Part shown: piece by piece, positions 50,682 to 64,000 of the stretch
How positions within the stretch are numbered: the first letter of the stretch is position 1
How the letters are laid out: the number at the start of each line of letters is the position of its first letter
Origin: Anthoceros angustus
Taxonomy: Eukaryota; Plantae; Anthocerotophyta
NCBI GenBank assembly: GCA_010909165.1
Contig: MU008180.1
Location: forward strand, 309,884 to 373,883
Direction of reading: 5' to 3'
DNA length: 64,000 nt
Made by a program: the position numbers and the translations under genes
The notes under the pieces: generated by a model
The model's input: only the letters and a program-made list of their open reading frames with translations
Told to the model about the DNA's origin: nothing
The model's database searches: none

Positions 50682-52069
50682 TCAACCAGGATCTATCCTG
50701 TGGACGCAGGCAGGGCATCCCCTGCCGAACAGGGGCTTGTATTCGGGCTTCAACTCGTAGGTTCCTTGGTTGGTCCCGCCTTTATTGTATACACAGAGAT
50801 CCTTCAAAATCTCCTTCAGGAAATTCTGCCATGAGACAAACTTCGCACATGTGAGAACTAGGATGCCAATTATATTGCAGCAGGTCCGATAGAGATACGC
50901 CATACTTACCACGGGCTGATTAGTTTCCTTGATAAGGTTCTTCAATTCCCAGTTAGGATTCTCTTCGAACAGTTTGAAAACCCTGGCTTCTACATTCGAG
51001 GGCTCTCCGCGAAACCGCCTCTCTTTTTTTCTTTTGGAGCCTCTCGGCAGCCGTTCAGACCCTGAGGAGATGTACATGCGCTCGTAAGATGCTATGTTAC
51101 GGACAGTTGCAGACAGTGCTGCATAGGAGCGCGGTATTGACTGGAAGTGATTCGGAAAGAAAGACAGCTGTAACACCGTACCTCTCCACCCGAAGCTCCA
51201 GATTGCGGCCCCATATGCGTGCCATGATGATCCTCCAGCATCTGAGGCCAGGGAACATATTTAACATGCATAGACTAGTTATCAGGGCAAAGGTGAAGGA
51301 GGTCTCCAATTGCAAGCTGTAAACCTACTTGTAAAGTTCGTCTGCCGCTGGCCTTCCTTTGCCTCTCCCGGTAAAGCTTGCCATACTTATTCAAGTCGGT
51401 CAGCCCATCGCGCTGCATGTCGAATTTTCTTGTCACCGTTCCCTCCGCTGCAAGCTTACCTGCAGAGGGTATGCACGCGTCATGCTCAAGAAATTTGACC
51501 TCCCACCACAACAGGGGCTCGAAAGTTGCACCCAACACCAATTCGTCAGCCCAACCAGCCTGCTACCACCCAATTAACAACATTTGGCCATAGCGCATGT
51601 TAGCAATTACCGTCAGCTGCCTCAGAAAATACGCACATCGCGCCAAAGTGCTTCACCGAATTAAGCTCATACTTGGTCGGTGATAACTCTCCATCCTTCC
51701 GGGCACCTGCAAGGAATACTGCGCAAGCATGGCCAGAGTGAGGTCATCCTCGACGTCTACTCACAGGTCTCTACAACCCTAGCTAAACAAACCGCGCCGA
51801 TAGCTGGGAGCGAGCGGGAATGCGATGTGGTGTCTGTCATGGCACCTTTGGAAGAGCCTGAGGGTTGAGCAGATCCCAAGCAACAGTCATCCGACCCACT
51901 GGCTCTGTGCTTCCTGCATCGCGCCTCTGCTCCCATGACTTCGGCAGCTCATGATCAGCTGGAACCTTGAGCAAGAAAGCATTGCGCCTGGCCCTTGTAG
52001 TATTCAGTTGTATCTCAGGCAGCCGCCGAGGCTGTCAGTTTCGTCATCGCTGCCTTGTACACCGGCCAT
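50682..52069 (-). CDS. RAP30: TFIIF beta paralog B, copy 3
   Basis: KERRFRGEPSNVEARVFKLFEENPNWELKNLIKETNQP and FLKEILKDLCVYNKGGTNQGTYELKPEYK. Confidence 0.85.
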
Positions 52070-53377
52070 GTTGTCTCGCTGTGAGACCTTGAGGGGCTCA
52101 CGGCTGTAGGCGACCAGCTGCAGGGAACGATGCAAGGGTTTGTTCGAGCCAGGGTTTTCAAGCATATATCGGCTGCGGGCTTAGGACTTCGAAATCAGAA
52201 TCTCGGACAAAGGCACACGTATGCTTATCGCGATTCTACCGAAAGTGAATGAAACGAACTGCATATATATTTGGGGCAGCGTCGCTGTCCCCAACTGGAG
52301 CTTGAGCGACGCAGTCTGATTACGAAATGAGCCTCCCGCGCCAATCTGTAGACACGCGACTCATCTCAATGCTTTCTCTCCAGAGATGAATCGATGCAGG
52401 AGCATGATCGCTTATTCTGTCGGTGAATTCTGCTCCAACTGCCTGATCCTTTGAACTGGAAGGCTATAAGGACTGACTCGTTTGAGCTGGAAGGTTGGAA
52501 ACATGGCTGCGACACCAGAAGGTAACAACGAGATGGCGAATGGAATGACAGACTGGCTCAGGGTGATGGAAGGCTCAGGCTGAGGACTTTCCAGGTGAGC
52601 TGGGAGGAGGTGAAATGGGAGTGGAACACGGATGAGAAAGCCTACCCTTGTCCAATTTCGATCGAGCTGAGTTCTGCAGGTCTCATTGCATAAATTCAAG
52701 ACCTGGGACTGTACCATATTCTTAGTCACTGTGCTTCCAATTGCAAGCAAAGAGCTGGGGAACTAAGACAACGGAGGCTAGGGTTCCAATCATTCTCGAT
52801 TCTTGTTACAAGTGTGTTCAAGTTGGCTCTTGTGTAGGAGGATGGGGAGGAAGGGAACATGCTGGTGGTCGGGGACTCCATCAATTCAACCAGGAGGTGT
52901 TCGTGATTTTGGTGAACCACATCGTGGTAAGCAAACCAATTAGGTGGAGAGCGCCCTTGACCTCGGGAGTGTGGCACATAGCTGGGACATCATCAGGTCT
53001 GCAAAGATGTGCTTGGGGACAGGGATTCCGCGTGGAGAATGTAAGAGATGACAGACTAGACTGTCTGTCATCCAGTGGATGGACGAGGACAAGGTCAAGC
53101 AATCACATGGAGTATCCATGGATCAAGCTTGTGGAGCCCTGCAACATCTCGTCTTGGTGCTCACCAGACGAGCGCACTTTGAGAATGATGCCAAATTTAC
53201 AGCTTGAGACCAAATTTCAATATGCGCATAATCCAAATCCTAACAACAACGTACCATTGTCATTGCAGTGAAGTACCGAGGTGATAAAATATTATACTTG
53301 TATGTACATAGTTAGAGTGGCAGGTGCATTTAGTATCCAAAAGTAGGTAAGAATTAGGCTTCGGCGGCGGTCCCATA

Positions 53378-55800
53378 ATGCGCACCATCAAGGCCGCGCG
53401 AAACGAAACGTCTCAGTATCGTCTCAAGCTCCTTCCTCAGCATCTCCTTCTGCATTCTCTGCATCCATCGATTCGCTTGAAGCCGGAATGGATATGGACG
53501 GTGCCGCAACTGCTGGGGCCAAAGGATTGGGACTCGGCTGATGCTGCCGGGGAAATCCGATACACGCAGTCCAGGATTTCGACGGTCTTCTCAAGAGGAA
53601 AGCGCTCTCCGCTTGCTCCACTTTGCGGGACTTGCTGGAGAGGCTTCGGCGTGGAGACTTGGCTGTGACAGACGTGTCCCCGATCCGTGTGGTGATGCAC
53701 GAAGGCGTCCCCTACAGCCTGGACAACAGGAGGCTTTGGGTGTTCAAGGAGCTCAGGAAGCCCATTCCGGTGAAAGTCCTCTCCTTGGAGGAGTGCGGGA
53801 AGGAGTTCTTCCAAAAGTGGGACTCCAAATCCTCGGGGAACAGCGTGTCGCTCAACGAGGAGTGGGATCGGAAGGAGAAGTTTCACCCAACGCAGATGGT
53901 GAACCATATCCTGAGCTGGTCGCTGGAGAACGTGCAGACAAAGTGGCTGCACGTGAACAAGGTAGTGGTTTGGATTGGTGTAATGAGGTTGTGTGAAGTA
54001 GGAGAAACGGGTCTGATCATGCTGGTTTGAGGACTGAGTGTTGGGTTTGGTGTGCTGTGCACTCTGGGTGGCACAGGCAAAGCCGATTGGACTCACGTTC
54101 GACTCCATGGAGCAGTATGTGACGGGCTTTAAGTGGCCTCTGCTGGAGGAGACAAGGGCGCCATTCAACAGCAGCTGGAGGAAATCGGAGCCGCGCCCCG
54201 ATTCCATGTCTCGGGCCGACAACTCGCGATCGGACATGCTGCTGGTAGTCATGACGCTCGATTGAAAACACTTGAGCTCGAGGTGTCAGGAGGGACTTAC
54301 CAACCCAGAAGCAACGATCTGGTTCTGTTCTCAACAGTAGACCCAAAGGGTCTTCATGCCCTTCATAGGGCGTCCCACATGTTTGGCTTCCTTAGGCGTA
54401 AGGTGAGCAAGCTTGGAGGCTGTCAAGGTAACTTGCATTTCAAGACTGTAGTATATGCACCGGATGAGAGTCCGGAGTATGCTGCTCTGCGGGATGGCAA
54501 GGCAACATGGACCATTCTCCACATCACCAACTTAGCTACGACTATTAGGATTGGGACAGTTTGGAGCTACTGTATCGTAATTCTAAATCTGAAGTACTTG
54601 CATTACCAGTACTGCAAGATATTCTCCAGGCGGACTATAACTGCTCGGTATGCTTTACACCGTATGGGATAATCTCGTGGTGGTTCTGAAGTCTGGAGGT
54701 CATTCTATTTTCTTATCACATGAACTTACATTACTGTTATCATGGCTCACTGCAGTTTATCAGCTTGCAGACAACCTGATCATGTTCGGATGGAAATTTG
54801 GTTTGATGTTTTGTGCACAGGTGCCCAGGTGCCAACATATGGCTTTTGATGAAGTAGAGCTGCCACTCAGGAAATACTGTGAGGATGTCAGAGCCATGAA
54901 TCAGTCCCAAGTGGAAGCAGTCGTAGATGCAGTGTCTGGACTTGTGAACCGAGTTGGACCACGAGTAAGACTGATCCAAGGTCCGCCAGGGACGGGGAAG
55001 ACTACCCTGCTGGTATCTCTGCTGTCTATACTTTCCAGCATGAACTACAGAGTCCACATGTCTGCACCAACCAACACAGCCATTTGTGAGGTTGCTTCCA
55101 GGTTTGTGTCACAGATGTTGGTCTCTAAGCACAACAATGTCCAGTTTGGTGCTTGTTTCCCGGATTTGAGGATTCGTGGACGCGAAGGAAGCAGGATGTT
55201 GAATTTGGGAGACGTAGTGCTTATTGGGCGCGAGGAGGCAATAGACCTCAAGACCCACAAAGTGCTGGAATATATTTATCTGCCCCGCATAGCAAACACA
55301 TTGAAGGAATCAGCTTTGTGTTTTGTCACTGCCTATAAGAAATGTGCCGAGGCGCTCAGAAAATTCCTGCAGTGTGCGTTAGGAGAGTATGTGAGGCATT
55401 CCAAAGTTTTAGCGGCCGCTCACAACAGGGAAGAGTCACGACCATTAGCCACTTTCGTGAGGAAGAATTTGGAGGTCCTGATTTCGTCTATGGTCCACCA
55501 TGGTCATATCATGTGCCAGGACGTCTCAAGTGTTTTCTCAGCTCTCAAACAAAGAAGGGCGCCCGTCATATTGTAGTCCTCAGAGAGAAACTTCTTGGGT
55601 ATTTCGATTTGCATGATCTTTCTCATGAACACATAAGCATTTGGCTGTCCGAAACACACGCCGAATTTTACTCATTCTGGACTCCTGTAGACTGCCGAGT
55701 TATAGTATGCTTGCAGGACAACAAAGAAGCGAAGTGGTCTGCCACTTTTCTGGAGGAGTCGACTGTGGCGCAACGCAACCTGGGAGCGGAGGACTTGTGA
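53378..55800 (+). CDS. ParB/Srx-like + Upf1-like helicase N-half, copy 3
   Basis: ORFs 53623-54030 (YSLDNRRLWVFKEL), 54133-54672 and 54650-55576 (QGPPGTGKT, SAPTNTA). Confidence 0.75.
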
Positions 55801-58009
55801 GAAAAGTGACGCAAACACAGGCGCGTGAGGCCAGGAAAGTTTGTTGTGAAAAGGCGCGCTAGGTGGTGGTTGAGCTGAGAATTGTGAAGGCATGGCAAGT
55901 TGGAGAGGAGCTAGGGGGCGAGAGATTGCTGAGGAAGAGGAGCTGTCTTTTGGCAAGTGTTGGCGGGGAGTTTGTGGGGTTTTGTTCCAGCCTGAGGAAG
56001 GGAGCCCTCTTGATTAACGACCTTGGTGCCTTTTTCTTTGCTCACTCTTCCTCTCTAGCCGCCTGATAGGTTGCTCTCCCTACCCTCCCAAATTCCATCC
56101 TTGTGTGTGCTCCTTTTGTGCAGATGGTGAAGATTGTTAGGACGGGTGATGGCACCCCAACTCAAGGCGATAGCAGAAAGGCAGTGCCGCCCACACCTCC
56201 CAGTCGAGGCAAAGGCAAAAAGCATCGATCCCATGCCTGAGTTCGACTACCGCCCCATCCAAATTTCACCTCGAGACTTGAATGCTTTCGAGCGGTACGC
56301 GGAGGAATTGAAGATGGAGTGGTTGTATTTGGCACCTGGATGGCACTTTTCAAGCCCAGCATTGGTGCAGGAGTGTGCACGACGGTTGCGAGCCACGAGA
56401 GGAGAAGCAAGGACACCTGAAGATGTCATAGTCCGGAGTCACCCTGGAACGTGGAAGGTGCGCCATTTTCAACAGACATATTTCATACCCGAGGCGCACT
56501 AGGGAGGGATCATCCCAGCGGCTCAGTTTTCTAAGAATCAGATCCCGGAAGCGGCCATGGATATGTTCCTACGACCCAAGAAGGAAGTTTGGTCTCCTGG
56601 TAATGGTTGGCGAGTTTCCATGTTCAAAGAAAAGGAAGTGGAACCTGTTCTCCAAGATTTGGTTGGGATTGATTTGCGCCGCCAGGAAGACCTACATAAG
56701 CAATTCCCACCTCATGATGATCTATGAAATGTCCAAGGGCAAGTGGCAGTTAGGCGAGCATCCTCTATGAGCAAGCGGTAGCTCATAGGAATCATTTGAT
56801 GAGTGAGGAGGCCAAAATTAGTTTTGTCTCCACCTTCCTAGTGCATCTATACCATAGGGAGGAACTTTAAGGAGGAGGAACTGGAGGAAGCTAAGAGAAG
56901 CTTCCTTGGTCCGAGTGGTGGCGCCCCTCTTAACCGGTTTCGCTTTTCTTGTCTGATTTCACCTTAGGATCACTGTGTGCTTGTTGCTTGTTGGCATCTT
57001 GCAGGCACTCGAGACTCGTTTAAGCAACCTATCGGGAGCTTCCTAACCCAAGAGCGCTCACGTTGTAGGTAATCTCGTGGCTGCCGCCCAAGTGAAAATC
57101 CATCGATTTCGGTCACTCTAGGCGTTGGTGCTGCAAGAGCGACTTGAGAGGTTGTTAAGAATAGATCTAGTGGATGGTTGTGGAAGAAGGTATGAGATTG
57201 AGTTATTGGGTTCTCTGTCGTTAGTGTTTTTCCGTGGTCTTAGAAGTTAGGGGAACCCGAAGGCTCAAGTTGGGGCCGTGGGCGATAAACCCAAAACCCA
57301 TATTCGGTGAGGCAATTTGTGACAAAGAAGGAATTGTGAGAGAGCAAGAATCGACCCCTCGTGATAAGCGTATCCACCAAGTCTCTTGGAATCGAACCCA
57401 CGTATTCGACGATGGGACAAGTGTGGCCACTGGGGCTAGCTCGGGTGATCGGGCGAACCTACCACAGTGAGAATCGACCCCTCGTGATAAGCGCATCCAA
57501 ACAAGTCTCTTGGGATCGAACCCACGTATTCGACGACCACCGTGGATAAGTGTGGCCAGGGCTAGCTCGGGGTGACGGGTGAATCCACCACAACACATCT
57601 CGCAGATCGCAATCCAGCACCACATGCACGATGAACCGTACTTGAATCGATATCACCTTTTTTTTCTTGTGTTATTTCTCATAGATCAAATAGGACCTAT
57701 TCGATTTGTTTCTAGAGGATCACTTCGAGCTGCTTCACACGGTTTCTAGGTATGCCTCAAGTTACCGCCCTATCAAAAAACCTCGAAACTCGCGGAGGCG
57801 AACTTCCGACGGTTGGCCCCTCCGTTGCATCTGATTGAGGAGTCCCTCCAGCGCCCAGACAAGACTTAATAGCCTTCTCAACCATAGTTTTGCTGATCTA
57901 GTCGGCCACAGAGGACCATAGATGTTATGGCAACAAATATGTGATATCATTCGACATATTCATGTCCAAAGAACTCAAATTTTCTTGTGGGCGCAAGGAC
58001 CGATCCTCG

Positions 58010-59308
58010 AGCTTGTACTCGCTTGAGTTGCCACGTGCCATAGTTCTTTCCGTCGAGTTGTATTCGCACGCACTTTGCAAAATTTTCTTCACGAGATCCC
58101 GTCATGAATGAGACAAACTTCATTCATGTGAGAACGCTTAGGATGCCAATCATATTGCAGCAGCTCTAGACTGAATATGGATTCATATGCATGACACTAT
58201 ACGCACCACAGTGATCAACCTCCGACAAGGTCCTTCAATTTCCAATAAGGATTGCGTTCAAACAGTTGAAAACTTCCTCTTCTACCTCCATGGAATCTCT
58301 GCGCATCCTCCTCCTTGGTTTTGGAAGCTCTTGGCTCCTCTTCTTACCCTCACCGATGAGCATATGCTCGTTAAGATGATTGTTACGACGATGCATGCAT
58401 AGATAGTGGTGCATAGAAGTGCGGTATAAATTATTGGGAGTCGGGAAAGACAGGCAAGACACCGCACATCCATTAAGCTCATTTAAGTCATAACCTCGAG
58501 CTATCGGATCATTCCTCAAAGACCGTGAGACCAGAAACAACTTTAACATGTATGGACTAGCAATCGTGGCAAAGGTGAAGGAGGTCTCCAATTGCTACAA
58601 GCTATACACCTTTGAAGTTTTTCTAACGCGTTCCTCTCCCTCTCGCAAGCGCCATACACGTGCAAATCGCCACGCCATCATAGCGCCGCATGTGGAATAT
58701 GTCCTTCATTCCCTCCGCAAGCGTACACATAGGGTATGCACGTCATGTTCAAGAAAGCGACCTTTACCTCACCTCAATTGCAACACGGCCCGAAGTTGCA
58801 TGCAACCACCACCCATTTAACCAGACGCGCTGTGCTACCAACCAACAACGTTAACCACAAATCGCCATACCCTATGCTAGCAATTGCGTCGGTGCCACGA
58901 AATGACAACATCGATGGGAGATACTCTGGATCGATTGACCAGCGATACGTGGTTGGTGTCCATCCTTCCGGGCACCGTTAAGGTGTCTTGCACAAGCATG
59001 GCAAGACAAAGAGTGAGCTCATCAATCCTCCGGTAGTCTACTCATCGCCTCTATCAACAACCCTAGTGAACCTAGGGCCGGAGAGAGCGATGTGGCGTTG
59101 CCATGGTATGACTGTGGAGGAGCCGTAGGCTGTGCAGATCAATCGCGACGGTCATGATACCCGGGGCTCTGCGATCCGCGTGTCGCTTCTCCCATCGCCG
59201 CCAAGTCGGGTGAAATTTTGAGCAACATATGTTCTTCCCGGACCTTGTAGTATCCAGCGTGTTTCGGCTGGCGAAAATCAATCATCGCCTGCTGCTCACA
59301 TAGGCCAT
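58010..59308 (-). pseudogene. RAP30: TFIIF beta paralog A, array copy 4
   Basis: ORF 58235-58591 ends MEVEEEVFNCLNAILIGN* at the shared frameshift. Confidence 0.75.
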
Positions 59309-61333
59309 GTTGTCACACTCACGCTATTGAGGGGCTCACGCAGTGACTAGGCAACAATTAAAGGGTTTAATCGCTTTCTCCCTCAAGCCGGGATTTCAAG
59401 CATATATAGACCGGCCGGGGTATAGCCTCAATCGAATCTCAGGACAAACTCATATACGGTTGCTTAGTTATCGAGATTAATATCGTATTCAAAGCGAATG
59501 AACCCAAATGCATATTTTGCGCATCGGAGCTAGCTCTTGGACCTCGGGCGACGCACTCATATTAATGAATGAATGCCCGACATTCATTTGCATCTGCAAG
59601 CGAGATCATCTCAGTGCTTTTACTCTCCAAGAGATGCATCCATGCGGCAGCAGTATCGCCTTTTCTGTCTGCAAATTCTGCTCAATCGCGAACGGCGAAC
59701 ACAACGGAATAGAGATTGTCGGGCCGGAGAGCGCCCGTTAGTCAGTCACTGCTCATTATGATTACGCTTTGTGGCAGGAGTAGAAACAATGGCCTGGGAA
59801 GCTTGTGCTGGACCTGCTTTATGAATGCATCATGTGGGGCTGTACGTGTGCAGGAAACCAAGGCTGGGCAGCCCCAAAGTTGAAGGACGCAGTGCTGACC
59901 AATTCAAAACTGTGTGAATGCAAAGGAGGTACAGCCAAGGATGCATAAGCATGCTGTCTTTATTGTGTTGTTTCAGGTTTGCTGCTACAATTAAGTTTCA
60001 TCAGATCCCTCTTGGTTGTGGCCCCGGCCCATAAACTTGTATGCCTTGTGTTTGGCTAACTGTAGCTGGTAGTCACGATGCGCACCATGCACCAGAAGTG
60101 CCGGCTTGTGCATACCGACCTCAGCAAATAAACGTTTTTGTACCTTGAGGTGAGCTCTCGCGTGCATTCATGAAAGCCAAATTAATGTGGGAATTGAGTG
60201 TGGCTCAAGTGAGCCTTACTAGATGAATCCCAATCACCGAAGATGGAATGGAGCTGGACACCAATCTGTTGCCCAAACATGTCCGTCGAAACATCTCCAC
60301 ATCTGGTTCAGTCCAAGCATACGGCCCTGTACTTACGAAGGGCTTTCTCCTTCCTACCACCTGCCCTGCTGGGAATACCCCGCCATCATGGCATTCCAAG
60401 TCAGCCGGTGCCTGCACGGCCCCTCTGCTGTGCAGGAACACGCAGATAGCATCCGGCAGGAGTCCGGCTCCAACACCGGCGTCCGTCACGGCTACGAGGA
60501 AGGCGTTCAGATCCGGTGTTCCGAATGGTGGTATCGCTGGGGATGCTGCAGAATCCCTGATGCAGGTTGGCATGTTTCTGTGGCGGCGTTGGCGACCAAA
60601 GGCTTCAATCAATGCCTGGCGAGATTCCTATCATGGGACCTCGGACAGTTGCAAAAATATTACAGTACTAACATTACAGTACTAACATTGAACAGAAGTA
60701 TGATCCTGTTACAGCAGATGATTCGCATCGATCACCCAGTCACCGGCCTTGTGAATCTTGCCTGGGATTTACGTTGTTCAAGGCTTTCATGGTGTTGACA
60801 AAGAAATCCAGGTGACATTATCATCTTCTCCACGATCGTCACTCGCGCGTGCACCTTGCCATTGGGAAGCTTGAATCTCCGTCAGCTCGCTGATCATGAC
60901 GAACGCCCGCGTTGGAGGAGCGAACGTTGACGATCCGCCCGGTGGACAGGTAACAGACTCTATGCCCAAGTGAACCGCACTGGAAGCAGGCGGTGTCATC
61001 CACCTTGGCGATGACGATCCCGTGGTTGTCGAGGAAGGAGTGATTTGTGGGTGCCCCTGTGTTGCGTTGCGTTCCACTGCTCGATCATTCCCTTTGCAAA
61101 ATAGGTCCGCGTTCAAGAAAAGGAGCTGCACACAGCTATTGAATGATGTGGTCCAATCTCCTCAAGCTTAAGGAAACGGAGGGAAAATGACGTGTAATAA
61201 ATCCTGTAAAGGAAACACCTACCACTCAAACCTCACTGACTGCCTCAAAACGCCTCCCTTACGCTGTACATGCATGGTGGGGAGAGATCCTCCTTCCGGC
61301 CTTGGGGAAAATGCTCCCACAAGGACCGACTGA

Positions 61334-62718
61334 TCAACCAGGATCTATCCTGTGGACGCAGGCGGGCATCCCCTGCCGAACAGGGGCTTGTATTCGGGCT
61401 TCAACTCGTAGGTTCCTTGGTTGGTCCCGCCTTTATTGTATACACAGAGATCCTTCAAAATCTCCTTCAGGAAATTCTGCCATGAGACAAACTTCGCACA
61501 TGTGAGAACTAGGATGCCAATTATATTGCAGCAGGTCCGATAGAGATACGCCATACTTACCACGGGCTGATTAGTTTCCTTGATAAGGTTCTTCAATTCC
61601 CAGTTAGGATTCTCTTCGAACAGTTTGAAAACCCTGGCTTCTACATTCGAGGGCTCTCCATGAAACCGCCTCTCTTTTTTCTTTTGGAGCCTCTCGGCAG
61701 CCGTTCAGACCCTGAGGAGATGTACATGCGCTCGTAAGATGCTATGTTACGGACAGTTGCAGACAGTGCTGCATAGGAGCGCGGTATTGACTGGAAGTGA
61801 TTCGGAAAGAAAGACAGCTGTAACACCGTACCTCTCCACCCGAAGCTCCAGATTGCGGCCCCATATGCGTGCCATGATGATCCTCCAGCATCTGAGGCCA
61901 GGGAACATATTTAACATGCATAGACTAGTTATCAGGGCAAAGGTGAAGGAGGTCTCCAATTGCAAGCTGTAAACCTACTTGTAAAGTTCGTCTGCCGCTG
62001 GCCTTCCTTTGCCTCTCCCGGTAAAGCTTGCCATACTTATTCAAGTCGGTCAGCCCATCGCGCTGCATGTCGAATTTTCTTGTCACCGTTCCCTCCGCTG
62101 CAAGCTTACCTGCAGAGGGTATGCACGCGTCATGCTCAAGAAATTTGACCTCCCACCACAACAGGGGCTCGAAAGTTGCACCCAACACCAATTCGTCAGC
62201 CCAACCAGCCTGCTACCACCCAATTAACAACATTTGGCCATAGCGCATGTTAGCAATTACCGTCAGCTGCCTCAGAAAATACGCACATCGCGCCAAAGTG
62301 CTTCACCGAATTAAGCTCATACTTGGTCGGTGATAACTCTCCATCCTTCCGGGCACCTGCAAGGAATACTGCGCAAGCATGGCCAGAGTGAGGTCATCCT
62401 CGACGTCTACTCACAGGTCTCTACAACCCTAGCTAAACAAACCGCGCCGATAGCTGGGAGCGAGCGGGAATGCGATGTGGTGTCTGTCATGGCACCTTTG
62501 GAAGAGCCTGAGGGTTGAGCAGATCCCAAGCAACAGTCATCCGACCCACTGGCTCTGTGCTTCCTGCATCGCGCCTCTGCTCCCATGACTTCGGCAGCTC
62601 ATGATCAGCTGGAACCTTGAGCAAGAAAGCATTGCGCCTGGCCCTTGTAGTATTCAGTTGTATCTCAGGCAGCCGCCGAGGCATCAGTTTCGTCATCGCT
62701 GCCTTGTACACCGGCCAT
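61334..62718 (-). CDS. RAP30: TFIIF beta paralog B, copy 4
   Basis: Same exons as copies 1 and 3. Confidence 0.8.
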
Positions 62719-64000
62719 GTTGTCTCGCTGTGAGACCTTGAGGGGCTCACGGCTGTAGGCGACCAGCTGCAGGAACGATGCAAGGGTTTGTTCGAGCCGG
62801 GTTTTCAAGCATATATCGGCTGCGGGCTTAGGACTTCGAAATCAGAATCTCGGACAAAGGCACACGTATGCTTATCGCGATTCTACCGAAAGTGAATGAA
62901 ACGAACTGCATATATATTTGGGGCAGCGTCGCTGTCCCCAACTGGAGCTTGAGCGACGCAGTCTGATTACGAAATGAGCCTCCGCGCCAATCTGTAGACA
63001 CGCGACTCATCTCAATGCTTTCTCTCCAGAGATGAATCGATGCAGGAGCATGATCGCTTATTCTGTCGGTGAATTCTGCTCCAACTGCCTGATCCTTTGA
63101 ACTGGAAGGCTATAAGGACTGACTCGTTTGAGCTGGAAGGTTGGAAACATGGCTGCGACACCAGAAGGTAACAACGAGATGGCGAATGGAATGACAGACT
63201 GGCTCAGGGTGATGGAAGGCTCAGGCTGAGGACTTTCCAGGTGAGCTGGGAGGAGGTGAAATGGGAGTGGAACACGGATGAGAAAGCCTACCCTTGTCCA
63301 ATTTCGATCGAGCTGAGTTCTGCAGGTCTCATTGCATAAATTCAAGACCTGGGACTGTACCATATTCTTAGTCACTGTGCTTCCAATTGCAAGCAAAGAG
63401 CTGGGGAACTAAGACAACGGAGGCTAGGGTTCCAATCATTCTCGATTCTTGTTACAAGTGTGTTCAAGTTGGCTCTTGTGTAGGAGGATGGGGAGGAAGG
63501 GGAACATGCTGGTGGTCGGGGACTCCATCAATTCAACCAGGAGGTGTTCGTGATTTTGGTGAACCACATCGTGGTAAGCAAACCAATTAGGTGGAGAGCG
63601 CCCTTGACCTCGGGAGTGTGGCACATAGCTGGGACATCATCAGGTCTGCAAAGATGTGCTTGGGGACAGGGATTCCGCGTGGAGAATGTAAGAGATGACA
63701 GACTAGACTGTCTGTCATCCAGTGGATGGACGAGGACAAGGTCAAGCAATCACATGGAGTATCCATGGATCAAGCTTGTGGAGCCCTGCAACATCTCGTC
63801 TTGGTGCTCACCAGACGAGCGCACTTTGAGAATGATGCCAAATTTACAGCTTGAGACCAAATTTCAATATGCGCATAATCCAAATCCTAACAACAACGTA
63901 CCATTGTCATTGCAGTGAAGTACCGAGGTGATAAAATATTATACTTGTATGTACATAGTTAGAGTGGCAGGTGCATTTAGTATCCAAAAGTAGGTAAGAA

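Larger units (their letters stand above)
8780..64000. repeat. Tandem macro-array with a ~10.65-kb unit (about 4 units plus internal duplications, a scrambled block and an LTR insertion)
   Basis: The anchor ggaggccaaaattag occurs at 21386, 46148 and 56807 (period 10659 for the cleanest unit). Identical ORFs recur at 14047/25409/50135/60787 and 16320/36022/52412/63058. Confidence 0.97.

Overview
This is eukaryotic land-plant genomic DNA: short GT-AG introns and PPR-, TBL- and TFIIF-like genes, compatible with a compact lycophyte genome such as Selaginella (taxon is inference). I found no rRNA, tRNA or CRISPR array. Positions 1-4950 are DNA-transposon debris: a DUF7869/Sola-like transposase fragment, a triplicated ~840-bp TnpA/Ptta-like segment and a CACTA right end. 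At ~6.0-7.5 kb lies an apparently intact, divergent TFIIF beta (RAP30) gene, here called A0. From ~8.8 kb to the window end is a tandem array with a ~10.65-kb unit. Each unit carries two TFIIF-beta paralogs on the minus strand (A, with frameshifts shared by all copies; B, near intact), a PPR remnant, a TBL-like remnant, a spliced plus-strand gene fusing a ParB/Srx-like (SLDNRRL) domain to the N-terminal half of a Upf1/Sen1-type SF1B helicase, and a retroelement-like ORF with ~125-bp repeats. One unit has a very young Ty3/gypsy chromovirus inserted (40407-46147, TSD GGAGG). Between ~27 and ~34.7 kb the unit is scrambled: two parts of it are interleaved through more than 20 direct junctions at exact 9-13-bp (mostly 9-bp) microhomologies, which is more probably a consensus/assembly artefact than biology. 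Many 1-2-nt indels differ between copies and look like read errors, so intact-versus-pseudogene calls are provisional unless a lesion is shared by all copies. All domain calls come from motif recognition by eye; no database search was run.
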